A stretch of 24,000 nt of DNA from an uncultured Candidatus Izemoplasmatales bacterium (GTDB taxonomy: Bacteria > Bacillota_I > Bacilli_A > Izemoplasmatales > Izemoplasmataceae). The notes below the pieces were generated by a model, which made no database searches, was not told the origin of the DNA, and saw only the letters and a list, made by a program, of their open reading frames with translations. The stretch covers positions 28,715 through 52,714 of the forward strand of contig CAYZEW010000003.1 of the NCBI GenBank assembly GCA_964477825.1. The letters are read 5' to 3'. This document shows positions 8,077-16,476 of this stretch, in pieces. Both the position numbers and the translations under genes were made by a program. Positions within the stretch are counted from its first letter, which is position 1; each line of letters begins with the position of its first letter.

Positions 8077-8622
8077 ATGTTAGTCTTAATTGGTGCTAGT
8101 GCTAGTGGTAAAACAGAAATTGCAAAACTTTTAATTGCTAAATATAATTTTGAAAAATTAGTTACTTATACTACTAGAAAAATTAGAAAAGGCGAAATTG
8201 ATGGCGTTGACTATCATTTTGTTTCCTTAAAGGAATTTATGAAGAAAAAAGCAAATAATGAGTTTTTAGAAACTGCTGTTTATAATGACACTTATTATGG
8301 TTCTCCTAAAAGTGGGGCAGGATTTTATAAAGTGATTATTGTTGAACCTGAAGGAGCTAACAGTATTTATGAGAAAAAGCTCCCCAATACTGTTTTCATA
8401 TATCTTGAAACCGATGAATTAATTAGAAGAGTTAGAATGTTGAACAGGGGCGATAGTTTAGTTAATGTGGAGAATCGTTTTAAAGAAGATAGAAAACACT
8501 TTAAGAAATCAAAATTCAAACATTTAGACTATGTTATTAATACTAATAAAAACACTTTAGAAGAACTTGCAGAAATAATTAATAATAAATATTTATCCCA
8601 TTTATCGATTGCTTTAATTTGA
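8077..8622 (+). CDS. Guanylate kinase-like protein
   Basis: P-loop GASASGKT. Guanylate-kinase core TYTTRKIRKGEIDGVDYHFVS ... EFLETAVYNDTYYGS. RBS AGGAG. It is shorter than canonical Gmk and its P-loop is atypical, so it may be a paralogue. Confidence 0.65.
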   Translation: MLVLIGASASGKTEIAKLLIAKYNFEKLVTYTTRKIRKGEIDGVDYHFVSLKEFMKKKANNEFLETAVYNDTYYGSPKSGAGFYKVIIVEPEGANSIYEKKLPNTVFIYLETDELIRRVRMLNRGDSLVNVENRFKEDRKHFKKSKFKHLDYVINTNKNTLEELAEIINNKYLSHLSIALI

Positions 8623-8640
8623 GAAAAATAAATTGCATAT

Positions 8641-8675
8641 AAAAAGCCATTTAGAAATTCTAAATGACTTTTTTT
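8641..8675. terminator. Bidirectional intrinsic terminator
   Basis: Stem CATTTAG (8648-8654) / CTAAATG (8660-8666), flanked by A5 upstream and T7 downstream. It lies between the convergent gmk-like and L25 genes. Confidence 0.65.
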
Positions 8676-8680
8676 ATTAA

Positions 8681-9280
8681 TTATTCGTCGTTTTGTTTAA
8701 TTGATTCTACTTCTAAGATTTCTTCAACTGCTTCATCAGTTTCAACTGCTTCTTCTTTAGGTTTAGATACAGAAACAACTACATCACTTGCTTCACTAAT
8801 AATTGTTATACCTTCTGGAGCAACAATGTCACTAACATGTAGAGTATCATTTTCTTCTAGGTCTTCTACATTTAATTCTAAATGTGAGATTCCTTTACCA
8901 ACTGCGTATTCAATTTCAATTGTATCCGCTACTGTATGAAGAACTAATCCTTTTTTCTCTACTAATTCTTTATTAACAAATACTACTCTTACTTTTGATG
9001 ACATTGTATCATCAAGTGATACTTTCATTAAGTCAAAGTGTCTTGCTGAATGATGATCATGACGAAGGGGCTGAACATCTTTAATATAAACGATATGTTT
9101 TACGCCTTCAAGTTCAACTTCAAATGTTTTTGAAGTTCCCATTTTATGATGCATCTTATTAAATTCTAAGGCATTAGCTTTAACAGATGTAGCTTCCATC
9201 CCTTTTCCGTATAAAACTCCCGGAACCGTATGGAAATCTCTAACTTTTTTTCCTTTTTCTTTTCTTAATTCTATTTTCAT
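8681..9280 (-). CDS. rplY: 50S ribosomal protein L25 / general stress protein Ctc (long form)
   Basis: N-terminus MKIELRKEKGKKVRDFHTVPGVLYGKG is typical of L25/Ctc. It is 199 aa with an acidic C-terminal tail. Confidence 0.8.
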   Translation of the reverse strand: MKIELRKEKGKKVRDFHTVPGVLYGKGMEATSVKANALEFNKMHHKMGTSKTFEVELEGVKHIVYIKDVQPLRHDHHSARHFDLMKVSLDDTMSSKVRVVFVNKELVEKKGLVLHTVADTIEIEYAVGKGISHLELNVEDLEENDTLHVSDIVAPEGITIISEASDVVVSVSKPKEEAVETDEAVEEILEVESIKQNDE

Positions 9281-9311
9281 TTTAATACCATCCTTTTTAT
9301 AGTCTATGATA

Positions 9312-9340
9312 ATTTTATCACAAAAAATGCATAATGTCTA
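9312..9340 (-). promoter_or_regulatory. Candidate promoter of the L25/Ctc gene
   Basis: Minus strand has TAGACA (9335-9340), a 17-nt spacer, then TAAAAT (9312-9317) preceded by TGa (extended -10). Confidence 0.5.
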
Positions 9341-9345
9341 TTTTG

Positions 9346-9374
9346 TTAGCAGGATATTAAAAATATGGTATAAT
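9346..9374 (+). promoter_or_regulatory. Candidate promoter of the DUF5684-like gene
   Basis: TTAGCA (9346-9351), a 17-nt spacer, then TGgTATAAT (extended -10, TATAAT at 9369-9374). It lies inside the track's 5' extension of the ORF, which argues for the shorter CDS. Confidence 0.55.
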
Positions 9375-9413
9375 ATAGTTAACAATAAAAAAATTAAAGA
9401 GGAGAGTGACAAT

Positions 9414-9788
9414 ATGGGCGGTAGTGGTGGTTCATTGAACACAGGACCAAATTTGCTTGTAATCGTTATTCAATTAGCATTTATGTTGTTCTATCTTTAT
9501 ACTACATGGAAGTTATTTGCAAAGGCTGGTTATCCGGGCGTTGGAGCAATTATTCCGATTTATAATGTGTATATTATTTTTAAAATGGCAAAATATAGTG
9601 GCTGGATGATTTTCTTATTAATGATTCCAATTGTTAACTTTATTATTATGTTTTTAGTTTATATTAGAATAGCTAATGGATTTGGAAAAGGTACCGGTTT
9701 TGGTCTTGGGTTAATCTTTTTAAGTCCTATCTTTTTACCTATTCTAGCATTTGGTAGTGCTGATTATGACGAAACCAGAATTGAATAG
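9414..9788 (+). CDS. Small integral membrane protein (DUF5684-like)
   Basis: ATG at 9414 has AAGAGGAGAG upstream. The track start at 9306 lacks an RBS and overlaps the promoter. The sequence AGYPGVGAIIPIYNVYIIFKMAK...GFGKGTGFGLGLIFLSPIFLPILAFG matches my memory of the DUF5684 family. Confidence 0.6.
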   Translation: MGGSGGSLNTGPNLLVIVIQLAFMLFYLYTTWKLFAKAGYPGVGAIIPIYNVYIIFKMAKYSGWMIFLLMIPIVNFIIMFLVYIRIANGFGKGTGFGLGLIFLSPIFLPILAFGSADYDETRIE

Positions 9789-9804
9789 TTATCATTAAAT
9801 TTAT

Positions 9805-9832
9805 AAAACGACCTTAATTAAGGTCGTTTTTT
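9805..9832. terminator. Bidirectional intrinsic terminator
   Basis: Perfect 18-nt palindrome CGACCTTAATTAAGGTCG (9809-9826) flanked by A4 and T6. The NUDIX stop codon lies inside the stem. Confidence 0.8.
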
Positions 9833-10383
9833 ATTTGGATTATTCGCTCAAAAATCTTTTGATATACAGCTTTAATTCTTTCTTCATTTACATAATTTAA
9901 CACTTCACTAATTTTAAACCATTTTACGCCAGAATTTTCATCTGCTTTAATTGTTAATTTTTCAGTTTCACTTGCCACTAATAAATAAGTGGCATTTAAA
10001 TGGAGGTGATCACCAACAAACTTTCCTCTTTTAAAATGGTTCTCTACTAATATTACATCAAGACTTATTAATTCATCGTTATACGGTTGAACATTCTTTA
10101 TGCCAGTTTCTTCTTTTGCTTCTTTAATCGCTACTTCTAGTAAATTAGGATTCCCATCATTATGTCCGCCCACCCAGGCCCAAGAATTATAAATATTATG
10201 ATGGGCGAATAATACTTTATCCATTGCTTCATTTATAATTATTGCTGATGATGTAATATGCGCAATTAGGTTTGTTCTTAATAATGCATCATCATTTTTT
10301 TCAATAAAAGTTATGATTGCTGCTTTGTCAACTTCTTCTTGTTCGCATTTTGCTACAAAATCTTTAAATGTTTTTTTATACAT
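9814..10383 (-). CDS. NUDIX hydrolase
   Basis: Nudix box GGHNDGNPNLLEVAIKEAKEETGI (GX5EX7REUXEEXGU pattern, with K replacing R). RBS AAGAGGTG. Confidence 0.75.
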   Translation of the reverse strand: MYKKTFKDFVAKCEQEEVDKAAIITFIEKNDDALLRTNLIAHITSSAIIINEAMDKVLFAHHNIYNSWAWVGGHNDGNPNLLEVAIKEAKEETGIKNVQPYNDELISLDVILVENHFKRGKFVGDHLHLNATYLLVASETEKLTIKADENSGVKWFKISEVLNYVNEERIKAVYQKIFERIIQIKNDLN

Positions 10384-10417
10384 AGCTTCACCTCTTTATT
10401 TACTTATTATATCATAT

Positions 10418-10882
10418 TTATCTACGTTGATATAAAATTATTCCCGCAATAATCAAGCATAGCGAAAAGATTTGAACCATATCAATTGACACTCTTTGTG
10501 CTCCGAACAGTCCAAAATGATCAATTATTTTAGAACCAATTAATTGAACTACTATTGAAATCATAATTGTTAATAAAGCGCCATTAACCGCAAAACTTTT
10601 CGAAATAAAGAAAACAATTATCACTCCCATTGCTCCTGCCATTATAACAAAAAGATTAACATTATTAATTAGTTTAACTGTTGAATTTCCACTAATTAAA
10701 TAGATTGTTATAGCAATTATTAAGCCAAAGAAATGTACAAGAATTACTGTTTCTAATGTCCCAATTTCTTTACTTGTTTTACCACTAAAGGCAGTTTGTA
10801 AAATTATCGCAGTTCCTGCAATTGCAGGCAAGATTAAATATCCCATTTTAATTATTCCTAATTTCTTTGTAAGTGACTTCAT
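10418..10882 (-). CDS. DUF606/YdcZ-family (DMT-superfamily) membrane protein
   Basis: About 150-aa protein with 4-5 TM segments. GYLILPAIAGTAIILQTAFSGK resembles the N-terminus of the bacterial/archaeal transporter family-2. The start is ambiguous: ATG 10882 (AAGAGG 8 nt upstream) or the internal ATG 10846. Confidence 0.6.
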   Translation of the reverse strand: MKSLTKKLGIIKMGYLILPAIAGTAIILQTAFSGKTSKEIGTLETVILVHFFGLIIAITIYLISGNSTVKLINNVNLFVIMAGAMGVIIVFFISKSFAVNGALLTIMISIVVQLIGSKIIDHFGLFGAQRVSIDMVQIFSLCLIIAGIILYQRR

Positions 10883-11040
10883 CTTTATTACCTCTTACTA
10901 TTTCTTTCGTTATATTTTTATTCCTTGTTATGTTTTTATTTGCTTTAAATAAATTAAAGCTATTTTCTGCAATAATTTTCCTCATAGTAATCCTCCTATC
11001 AAGTCAGTAAAGTCCTCAAAAATTTATTAAAGTTGTTTAA

Positions 11041-11481
11041 TTACTTTTCACTTAAGTTTTTTGGTCCAAATGGCATTGGAACTAAAGCATCAAGACTTGT
11101 TATATAATAATGATCCAAAGAATTCGCACTTATAATTGTTAAATCCTCAGAAAATTCAAGTAACACTTGTCTACAAACTCCACATGGGCCACTTGGTTCA
11201 CTAGTTGATAATTCAACGCCATCATATCCCCCAATAATAGCGATTGCTTCAAAATCTTTTTCACCCTCAGATACAGCTTTAAAAACAGCTGTGCGTTCTG
11301 CACAAACAGTTGGTGTATAGGCAGCATTTTCAATATTACATCCTTTAAAAACTTTTCCACTTTTAGTTAATAATGCTGCGCCAACTTTAAAATTTGAATA
11401 TGGTGAATAAGAAAAACTTCTAGCATCAATCGCATCGGCTACTAACGATTTAATTTGTTCTTTTGTTAACTTCGTTTTCAT
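11041..11481 (-). CDS. cdd: Cytidine deaminase
   Basis: 146 aa with zinc-binding motifs CAERTA and PCGVCRQ. RBS AAAGGAG. Confidence 0.9.
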   Translation of the reverse strand: MKTKLTKEQIKSLVADAIDARSFSYSPYSNFKVGAALLTKSGKVFKGCNIENAAYTPTVCAERTAVFKAVSEGEKDFEAIAIIGGYDGVELSTSEPSGPCGVCRQVLLEFSEDLTIISANSLDHYYITSLDALVPMPFGPKNLSEK

Positions 11482-11525
11482 CGTTTCACTCCTTTATTTT
11501 TGATACTTTATTCATTAGTATTAAT

Positions 11526-11552
11526 AGAAAAAAGAGCCCAATTGCTTAGACT
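11526..11552 (-). terminator. Weak terminator-like hairpin between the MgsA_C-like gene and cdd
   Basis: Minus-strand RNA GAGUC-UAAGCAAUUG-GGCUC forms 5 bp (one G.U) followed by U6. The stem is short, so it is probably leaky. Confidence 0.3.
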
Positions 11553-11565
11553 CACTGACCCATAG

Positions 11566-12180
11566 TTATGCTTGCCAACAATTAAATTGGAAACTACCTT
11601 CTTTTGGATCTTTTTCTTTAATTTCTTCTAATAGTTTTAATAATTGTTCTTTATAATCATTATTCACTTTAATTTCATTTACAACTTTAGAACCATGTTC
11701 TAAAAAATGTTTAAAATCTCTTCCCATTTCAATTCCTTTACGCGTATGCATATCATACGCGAAGTCTGGAATTTTAGGGATTGTACCTTGCTCAAACTGT
11801 TTAACAATTAGATTTTTCAAATGATCACTTGAACGATCTTTTTTTGATTGACATAAAATTCTAATTGCATGCACAAAAAACAATGGTCTATCCCCATCAG
11901 TATATGGAAAATTTTGACGAATTTGATTTAGTGTTAAAATTAAATTTGGTGCCGCTAAATTACCATATCCAATATCTTCAACTGAAATAGCTTGTAATCT
12001 TCTCCACAGTTTTTCTTCAAATTGTAAAGAAGTTATATACATTTCATAAGCTATCATGCATGCTTCTTTTTCTAATCCTCGGCGAATACTCTTTTGTAAC
12101 CCCGATACTAATTCATCTCCGGGGATTCCATTTTTAGAAGTAATATTAGCCCATGGATCATATGACATAAATTTTTCCAT
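11566..12180 (-). CDS. Stand-alone MgsA/RarA C-terminal-domain protein (no AAA+ ATPase module)
   Basis: Blocks DELVSGLQKSIRRG, RRLQAISVEDIGYGNLAAP, FFVHAIRILCQSKKDRS and IPDFAYDMHTRKGIEMGRDF follow the order and spacing of the C-terminal half of MgsA/RarA as I remember it. No Walker A or B motif is present. The track start (TTG 12201) overlaps deoD. ATG at 12178-12180 lies 4 nt after the deoD stop. Confidence 0.6.
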   Translation of the reverse strand: MEKFMSYDPWANITSKNGIPGDELVSGLQKSIRRGLEKEACMIAYEMYITSLQFEEKLWRRLQAISVEDIGYGNLAAPNLILTLNQIRQNFPYTDGDRPLFFVHAIRILCQSKKDRSSDHLKNLIVKQFEQGTIPKIPDFAYDMHTRKGIEMGRDFKHFLEHGSKVVNEIKVNNDYKEQLLKLLEEIKEKDPKEGSFQFNCWQA

Positions 12181-12184
12181 AGTT

Positions 12185-12925
12185 TTATGCCTGAAGGGCA
12201 ATTGCTGTTTCTAAAGCAATTTCCATCATCGCTTTAAACGCTAATTGACGTTTTTCAGCTGATATAGCTGTATGATTAATAATACTATCAGATACTGTTA
12301 AGATACACGCTGCTTTTTTACCTGAAACTTGGGCATTTGCAAATAATGCAAATGATTCCATCTCACCAGCAATAACACCGTTTTCTTCGACTTCTCTTGC
12401 CATGTTACCAGGGCGAGTAGAATAAAAAACATCTCCAGAAATAATTTTTCCATCAACAAATTTATGGCCAAGTTCTTTAGCTTTCTTAATTAATAAATCA
12501 TGAACTTTTTGATCACCTTTTAACACTTTATCCTCAATCCCGTGTCCAACTTTAGCAAAGCTAGATTCACTTGCTGATTCTTTAACGATAATGATATCCA
12601 TTAAATCTAATGTAGGATCCATTGCTCCACATGATCCTACTCTTATTATTGTTTCAACACCATAAAAATTATATAGTTCATATGAGTAAATTCCAATACT
12701 AGGCATTCCCATTCCAGACCCCATTACTGATACTCTTTTTCCCTTATACATTCCCGTAAAACCTAACATACCACGAACTTGGTTAAACTGAACGACATCA
12801 GTTAAAAAAGTTTCAGCAATATACTTTGCTCTTAAAGGATCACCTGGCATCAAAACAACTTTTTCAATATTCTTATTATCCTTTGCCTCAATATGAGGAG
12901 TAGGAATAGTTTCTAATTGATCCAT
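12185..12925 (-). CDS. deoD: Purine nucleoside phosphorylase, DeoD type (paralogue 1)
   Basis: VLMPGDPLRAKYIAETFL, VSVMGSGMGMPSIGIYSYEL, IRVGSCGA, EMESFALF and TVSDSI align closely with E. coli DeoD. RBS AGGAG. It has an N-terminal extension of about 10 aa relative to paralogue 2. Confidence 0.9.
   Translation of the reverse strand: MDQLETIPTPHIEAKDNKNIEKVVLMPGDPLRAKYIAETFLTDVVQFNQVRGMLGFTGMYKGKRVSVMGSGMGMPSIGIYSYELYNFYGVETIIRVGSCGAMDPTLDLMDIIIVKESASESSFAKVGHGIEDKVLKGDQKVHDLLIKKAKELGHKFVDGKIISGDVFYSTRPGNMAREVEENGVIAGEMESFALFANAQVSGKKAACILTVSDSIINHTAISAEKRQLAFKAMMEIALETAIALQA
12696..12727. repeat. 32-nt tract identical to 21817-21848 (inside deoD paralogue 1)
   Basis: ATACTAGGCATTCCCATTCCAGACCCCATTAC is found identically in both deoD paralogues. 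It encodes VMGSGMGMPS, and the flanks are also near-identical. Confidence 0.9.
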
Positions 12926-12934
12926 TATTTTCTC

Positions 12935-13876
12935 CTATTTAAGATTTTTTCTTTTTTTACTCCAACTGAAAAATACCAATGCAACAATTACAAATATAAA
13001 CGGAGACATTGAAACAATTTCTCCTGGTATTGTTGTATTTAATTCTAAAAAGATTGCTAATGTTTCAGCAAATCCAAATAACATAGATACTAACATTCCT
13101 CCAACTGTTGAACCACCCATTGCATTAGCACTTAACGCAATAAATCCACGACCAGAAGACATGTTAGAAACAAAGAAAGATGTGTATCCCATCGACAAAT
13201 ACATTCCTCCAACAGCTGTTAAAGCACCTGAGATAGAAATTGCCATTAGTTTCATGTTATGAACGTTAATTCCAACAGATTGTACAGTTTCAGGACTTTC
13301 ACCAACAGCTCTAATTCTTAAACCAAATGTTGTTTTATTTAAGATAAACCAAATGACAAGAACCATGAAGAATGCAAAATATGTTAACAAGTTATGGCCA
13401 CTAAGAATATCGCCAATAAAAGGAATACTCTTAATCAACGGAATATCAATATTTGGAAATACTAAACTTTGTAAAGAGGATGAAACTCCTTTATCACCAG
13501 TAACAATAAATAACATAAAGATCGTTAATCCACTAGCGATTAAGTTAAAGACAATCCCGGTTAGCGCAATATCTGCATCTAACTTAAGATGGAAAATACC
13601 AATAAACAACCCAGCTCCTGCACCTGCTAAAACGACAACTAAGAATGTCAAAATCAATGCTACTGCATGACTACCTACGATTGGTACAATAAAGGCACTA
13701 AATAAAACTCCAATTAAAGCACCTGTTATTAAAATTCCTTCCAGCCCAATATTAATTATCCCAGCTTTTAATGAGATATGGGCTCCTAAAGTTGCGAGCA
13801 CCAACGTTGTTGAAGCTCTAATAACTGTCCATAAGAATTCAGATGAAAAAATAATTTGAATTATATCACCCATCAT
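12935..13876 (-). CDS. Nucleoside (BMP-type) ABC transporter permease
   Basis: 313-aa polytopic membrane protein. Its ATG overlaps the upstream permease stop (ATGA). It is the second of a two-permease pair, as in NupQ/RnsD-type systems. Confidence 0.8.
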   Translation of the reverse strand: MMGDIIQIIFSSEFLWTVIRASTTLVLATLGAHISLKAGIINIGLEGILITGALIGVLFSAFIVPIVGSHAVALILTFLVVVLAGAGAGLFIGIFHLKLDADIALTGIVFNLIASGLTIFMLFIVTGDKGVSSSLQSLVFPNIDIPLIKSIPFIGDILSGHNLLTYFAFFMVLVIWFILNKTTFGLRIRAVGESPETVQSVGINVHNMKLMAISISGALTAVGGMYLSMGYTSFFVSNMSSGRGFIALSANAMGGSTVGGMLVSMLFGFAETLAIFLELNTTIPGEIVSMSPFIFVIVALVFFSWSKKRKNLK

Positions 13877-14937
13877 TTATTCACCTCTTCTTTCAAATCT
13901 AATTTCTTTAATAATGCTCGATATTCTAATTTTGCTGTTAATTTTTTAGATACTATTAATAAAATAATTATTCCTTGAACAACTAAAATGATTTCTGCTG
14001 GTACATCACTACGACGAGCCATAATGTTAGCTCCTATTCGTAAATACGCATAGAAAAACGCTGCAAATGGCACATGTTTAGGGTTATTTCTAGCTAAAAT
14101 AGCAACAATAACTCCATCCCAACCAAATCCAGGAGTAATATTCCAAACAAATCTTGTATACATACTTAATGCTTGAATTGCCCCACCAACTGCGGCAATT
14201 GCTCCCCCAGCAATTTGCGTAAACATTGCCGTAAATGTAATATTTATTCCTACTACTTTTGCAAACTCAGTATTTTTACCAGTCATTCTAATTTTATATC
14301 CAAATTTAGTTTTATACATTAATAAATAAGTAGCAATTACAGCAATTATTGCAATAATTAGTCCAGCGTGAATTCTTGTCCCTGGAATTAATGAAGTAAA
14401 TAAGATTTCTTTCGGATATGCGATTGATCCAATCCCATTAATATCTACATCTCTAAACCATTTATTAAGAATATAGATTCCAACATATACCATAACTGAG
14501 TTAATCATAATTGATGATACCAACTCACTTGCATCAGTTTTAATTTTCAAATAACCTGGTATCCCAACAATAATACCCCCAATGATAGCAGCAACAAGGA
14601 AGATTAAAATCCAAGTTAATAAAGGTCCCATTGATGTAGTAAAAACAATTACCATAACAACTATTCCACCTGCTAAAAAAGCTCCTTCTGAAGCTAAGTT
14701 AAAATTGTTACTAGAAAAGATTAATGATAATGCTAACCCAGTAAACATCATAGGAATCATCATTTCAATAACATTACCAAAATTTCTAACAGTTGATAAT
14801 GGTGCAATGAAAATACTATGAAGGGCAGTGAATGGGTCGTCACTTATAAAAAAGATAACCGTAAATAGTAAAATAAATGCAACTCCAATTGCGATAGCAG
14901 TTCGGAGAACTTCAAAACCTTTTTTACTCATATACAA
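13873..14937 (-). CDS. Nucleoside (BMP-type) ABC transporter permease
   Basis: About 352-aa polytopic membrane protein. The track start is TTG 14937. ATG 14931 (MSKKGF...) is equally possible. It overlaps the ATPase stop. Confidence 0.8.
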   Translation of the reverse strand: MYMSKKGFEVLRTAIAIGVAFILLFTVIFFISDDPFTALHSIFIAPLSTVRNFGNVIEMMIPMMFTGLALSLIFSSNNFNLASEGAFLAGGIVVMVIVFTTSMGPLLTWILIFLVAAIIGGIIVGIPGYLKIKTDASELVSSIMINSVMVYVGIYILNKWFRDVDINGIGSIAYPKEILFTSLIPGTRIHAGLIIAIIAVIATYLLMYKTKFGYKIRMTGKNTEFAKVVGINITFTAMFTQIAGGAIAAVGGAIQALSMYTRFVWNITPGFGWDGVIVAILARNNPKHVPFAAFFYAYLRIGANIMARRSDVPAEIILVVQGIIILLIVSKKLTAKLEYRALLKKLDLKEEVNK

Positions 14938-16474
14938 CCCCGCTTACATCATCTTGTACTTTTACACCTAACATGTAATAACCCAAATCTTTTTCAGTTA
15001 CTTTTTTTGGATTATCAAAAAATGCTGCGATTTTTCCTTTATGTAGAACAATAATTCTGTCACTTACTTCTAATACTTCATTTAAGTCTGCAGATACAAG
15101 TAAAACAACACTACCTTTTGTTCGTAATTCAATTAATTTCTTACGGACCATTTCTGCAGCCCCAACATCAATTCCTCTAGTTGGATGATTTGCAATAATA
15201 ATCTTTGGATCTTCATCTAATTCACGGGCAACAACAACTTTTTGAATATTCCCACCAGATAAAGCTCCAACTAAAGAATTCTCATCTTCACAAATGACAT
15301 CATATTCTTTAATTTTTTTTCTTGCGAAAGCTTTAATATTCTTTTCATCTAAAAAATATTTATATTTAAAAAAAGACTCATCAAAATTTAAACGGTCTAT
15401 AATTAAATTATTATAAATCGGTTCATCAGGGATTATTCCTTGATGCATTCTATCCTCTGGAATAAAGCGAAGTCCAGATTCACGAATTTCCTTGATCGAC
15501 ATATCTTTGGATAGTTGATTATTAATAAAAATTTGACCTTCATAGTGTTTTTTTAAGCCGATAATAGCATCTATTAATTCGGGTTGTCCATTACCTTCGA
15601 CCCCGGCAACACCAAGAATTTCTCCTTCACGCGCATCAAAAGATACCCCATTTAAGGCGAAATTATCAAATTCATCTTTAACTCGTAAATTTCTAACTTT
15701 TAAAGCACTTGCTCCTGTTTTTACTTTATCTTTATGAAATGTTAATATTATTTCTCGACCAACCATTAATTCAGCAATTTCAGATTCTGAAAGTTTTTCA
15801 ACGTCATAAACACCAACTTGCTTACCTTGTCTCATAATCGTCATTCTGTCACAAATTTCTTTAACCTCAGCTAATTTATGTGATATGAAGATAATACTAT
15901 GTCCATGATTTTTAAGTGTATTTAACTCTTTAAAAAGCTCTTCTGTTTCCTGGGGAGTTAGCACCGCCGTCGGTTCATCAAGAATTAGAACTTCTGCACC
16001 TCGATAAAGGGCTTTTAAAATTTCTAATTTTTGTCTTACTCCAACAGTAACATCATGAACTTTTTTTGACGTATCCATTTTAAAATTATATTTTTTTGCA
16101 AATTCATCTGCCATTTTAACAATTTCATTAAAATTGATTATCCCTCTTTTAGATACTTCTGAACCTAAAATTAAATTTTCGGCAATTGACATTGATGGAA
16201 CTAACATAAAATGTTGATGAACCATCCCTATCTTATTTTCTAAAGCATCCATTGGAGTTTGAATAGTAACTTCTTTCCCATCTACAAATATTTTACCTTC
16301 TGTAGCGCTGTCCATTCCATAAAGAACTTTCATTAAAGTTGATTTTCCCGCTCCATTTTCACCAAGCAAAGCGTGAATTTCGCCTTTATTCAAGGCGAAA
16401 TTTACGTTTTTGTTTGCTACAGTTCCGTTAGGATAAATCTTGGAAATGTTTTGCATTTCAATAATTTGAGACAT
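14924..16474 (-). CDS. Nucleoside/sugar-type ABC transporter ATP-binding protein (tandem ATPase domains)
   Basis: 516 aa. Domain 1 has GENGAGKST and LILDEPT. Domain 2 has the degenerate GVEGNGQ, LSGGNIQKVVVAREL and IANHPTRGIDVGA, typical of fused CUT2/BMP-family ATPases. Confidence 0.85.
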   Translation of the reverse strand: MSQIIEMQNISKIYPNGTVANKNVNFALNKGEIHALLGENGAGKSTLMKVLYGMDSATEGKIFVDGKEVTIQTPMDALENKIGMVHQHFMLVPSMSIAENLILGSEVSKRGIINFNEIVKMADEFAKKYNFKMDTSKKVHDVTVGVRQKLEILKALYRGAEVLILDEPTAVLTPQETEELFKELNTLKNHGHSIIFISHKLAEVKEICDRMTIMRQGKQVGVYDVEKLSESEIAELMVGREIILTFHKDKVKTGASALKVRNLRVKDEFDNFALNGVSFDAREGEILGVAGVEGNGQPELIDAIIGLKKHYEGQIFINNQLSKDMSIKEIRESGLRFIPEDRMHQGIIPDEPIYNNLIIDRLNFDESFFKYKYFLDEKNIKAFARKKIKEYDVICEDENSLVGALSGGNIQKVVVARELDEDPKIIIANHPTRGIDVGAAEMVRKKLIELRTKGSVVLLVSADLNEVLEVSDRIIVLHKGKIAAFFDNPKKVTEKDLGYYMLGVKVQDDVSGVVYE

Positions 16475-16476
16475 TT

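Noticed and set aside
8077-8622. Guanylate-kinase-like gene considered as a possible stand-alone toxin or defence-related kinase, because it is isolated and has an atypical P-loop (GASASGKT).
   Set aside because: It has its own RBS and terminator, and no partner gene or neighbouring defence-type genes. It retains the GMP-binding core (TTRxxRxGExDGxxYxF, EFLE...YYGS). The simplest reading is a housekeeping or paralogous nucleotide kinase.
9306-9413. Long 5' extensions proposed by the ORF track: 9306 for the DUF5684-like gene, 21181 for yjjI, 22316 for the esterase, 12201 for the MgsA_C-like gene, 1994 for tupC and 6867 for the ThiF-like gene.
   Set aside because: Most of the extended starts I checked use GTG or TTG. 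All lack an SD, and they overlap promoters or upstream genes. In each case an in-frame ATG with a well-spaced SD, or an ATG just past the upstream gene's stop, lies a few codons downstream. The N-terminus from that ATG also matches the family better.
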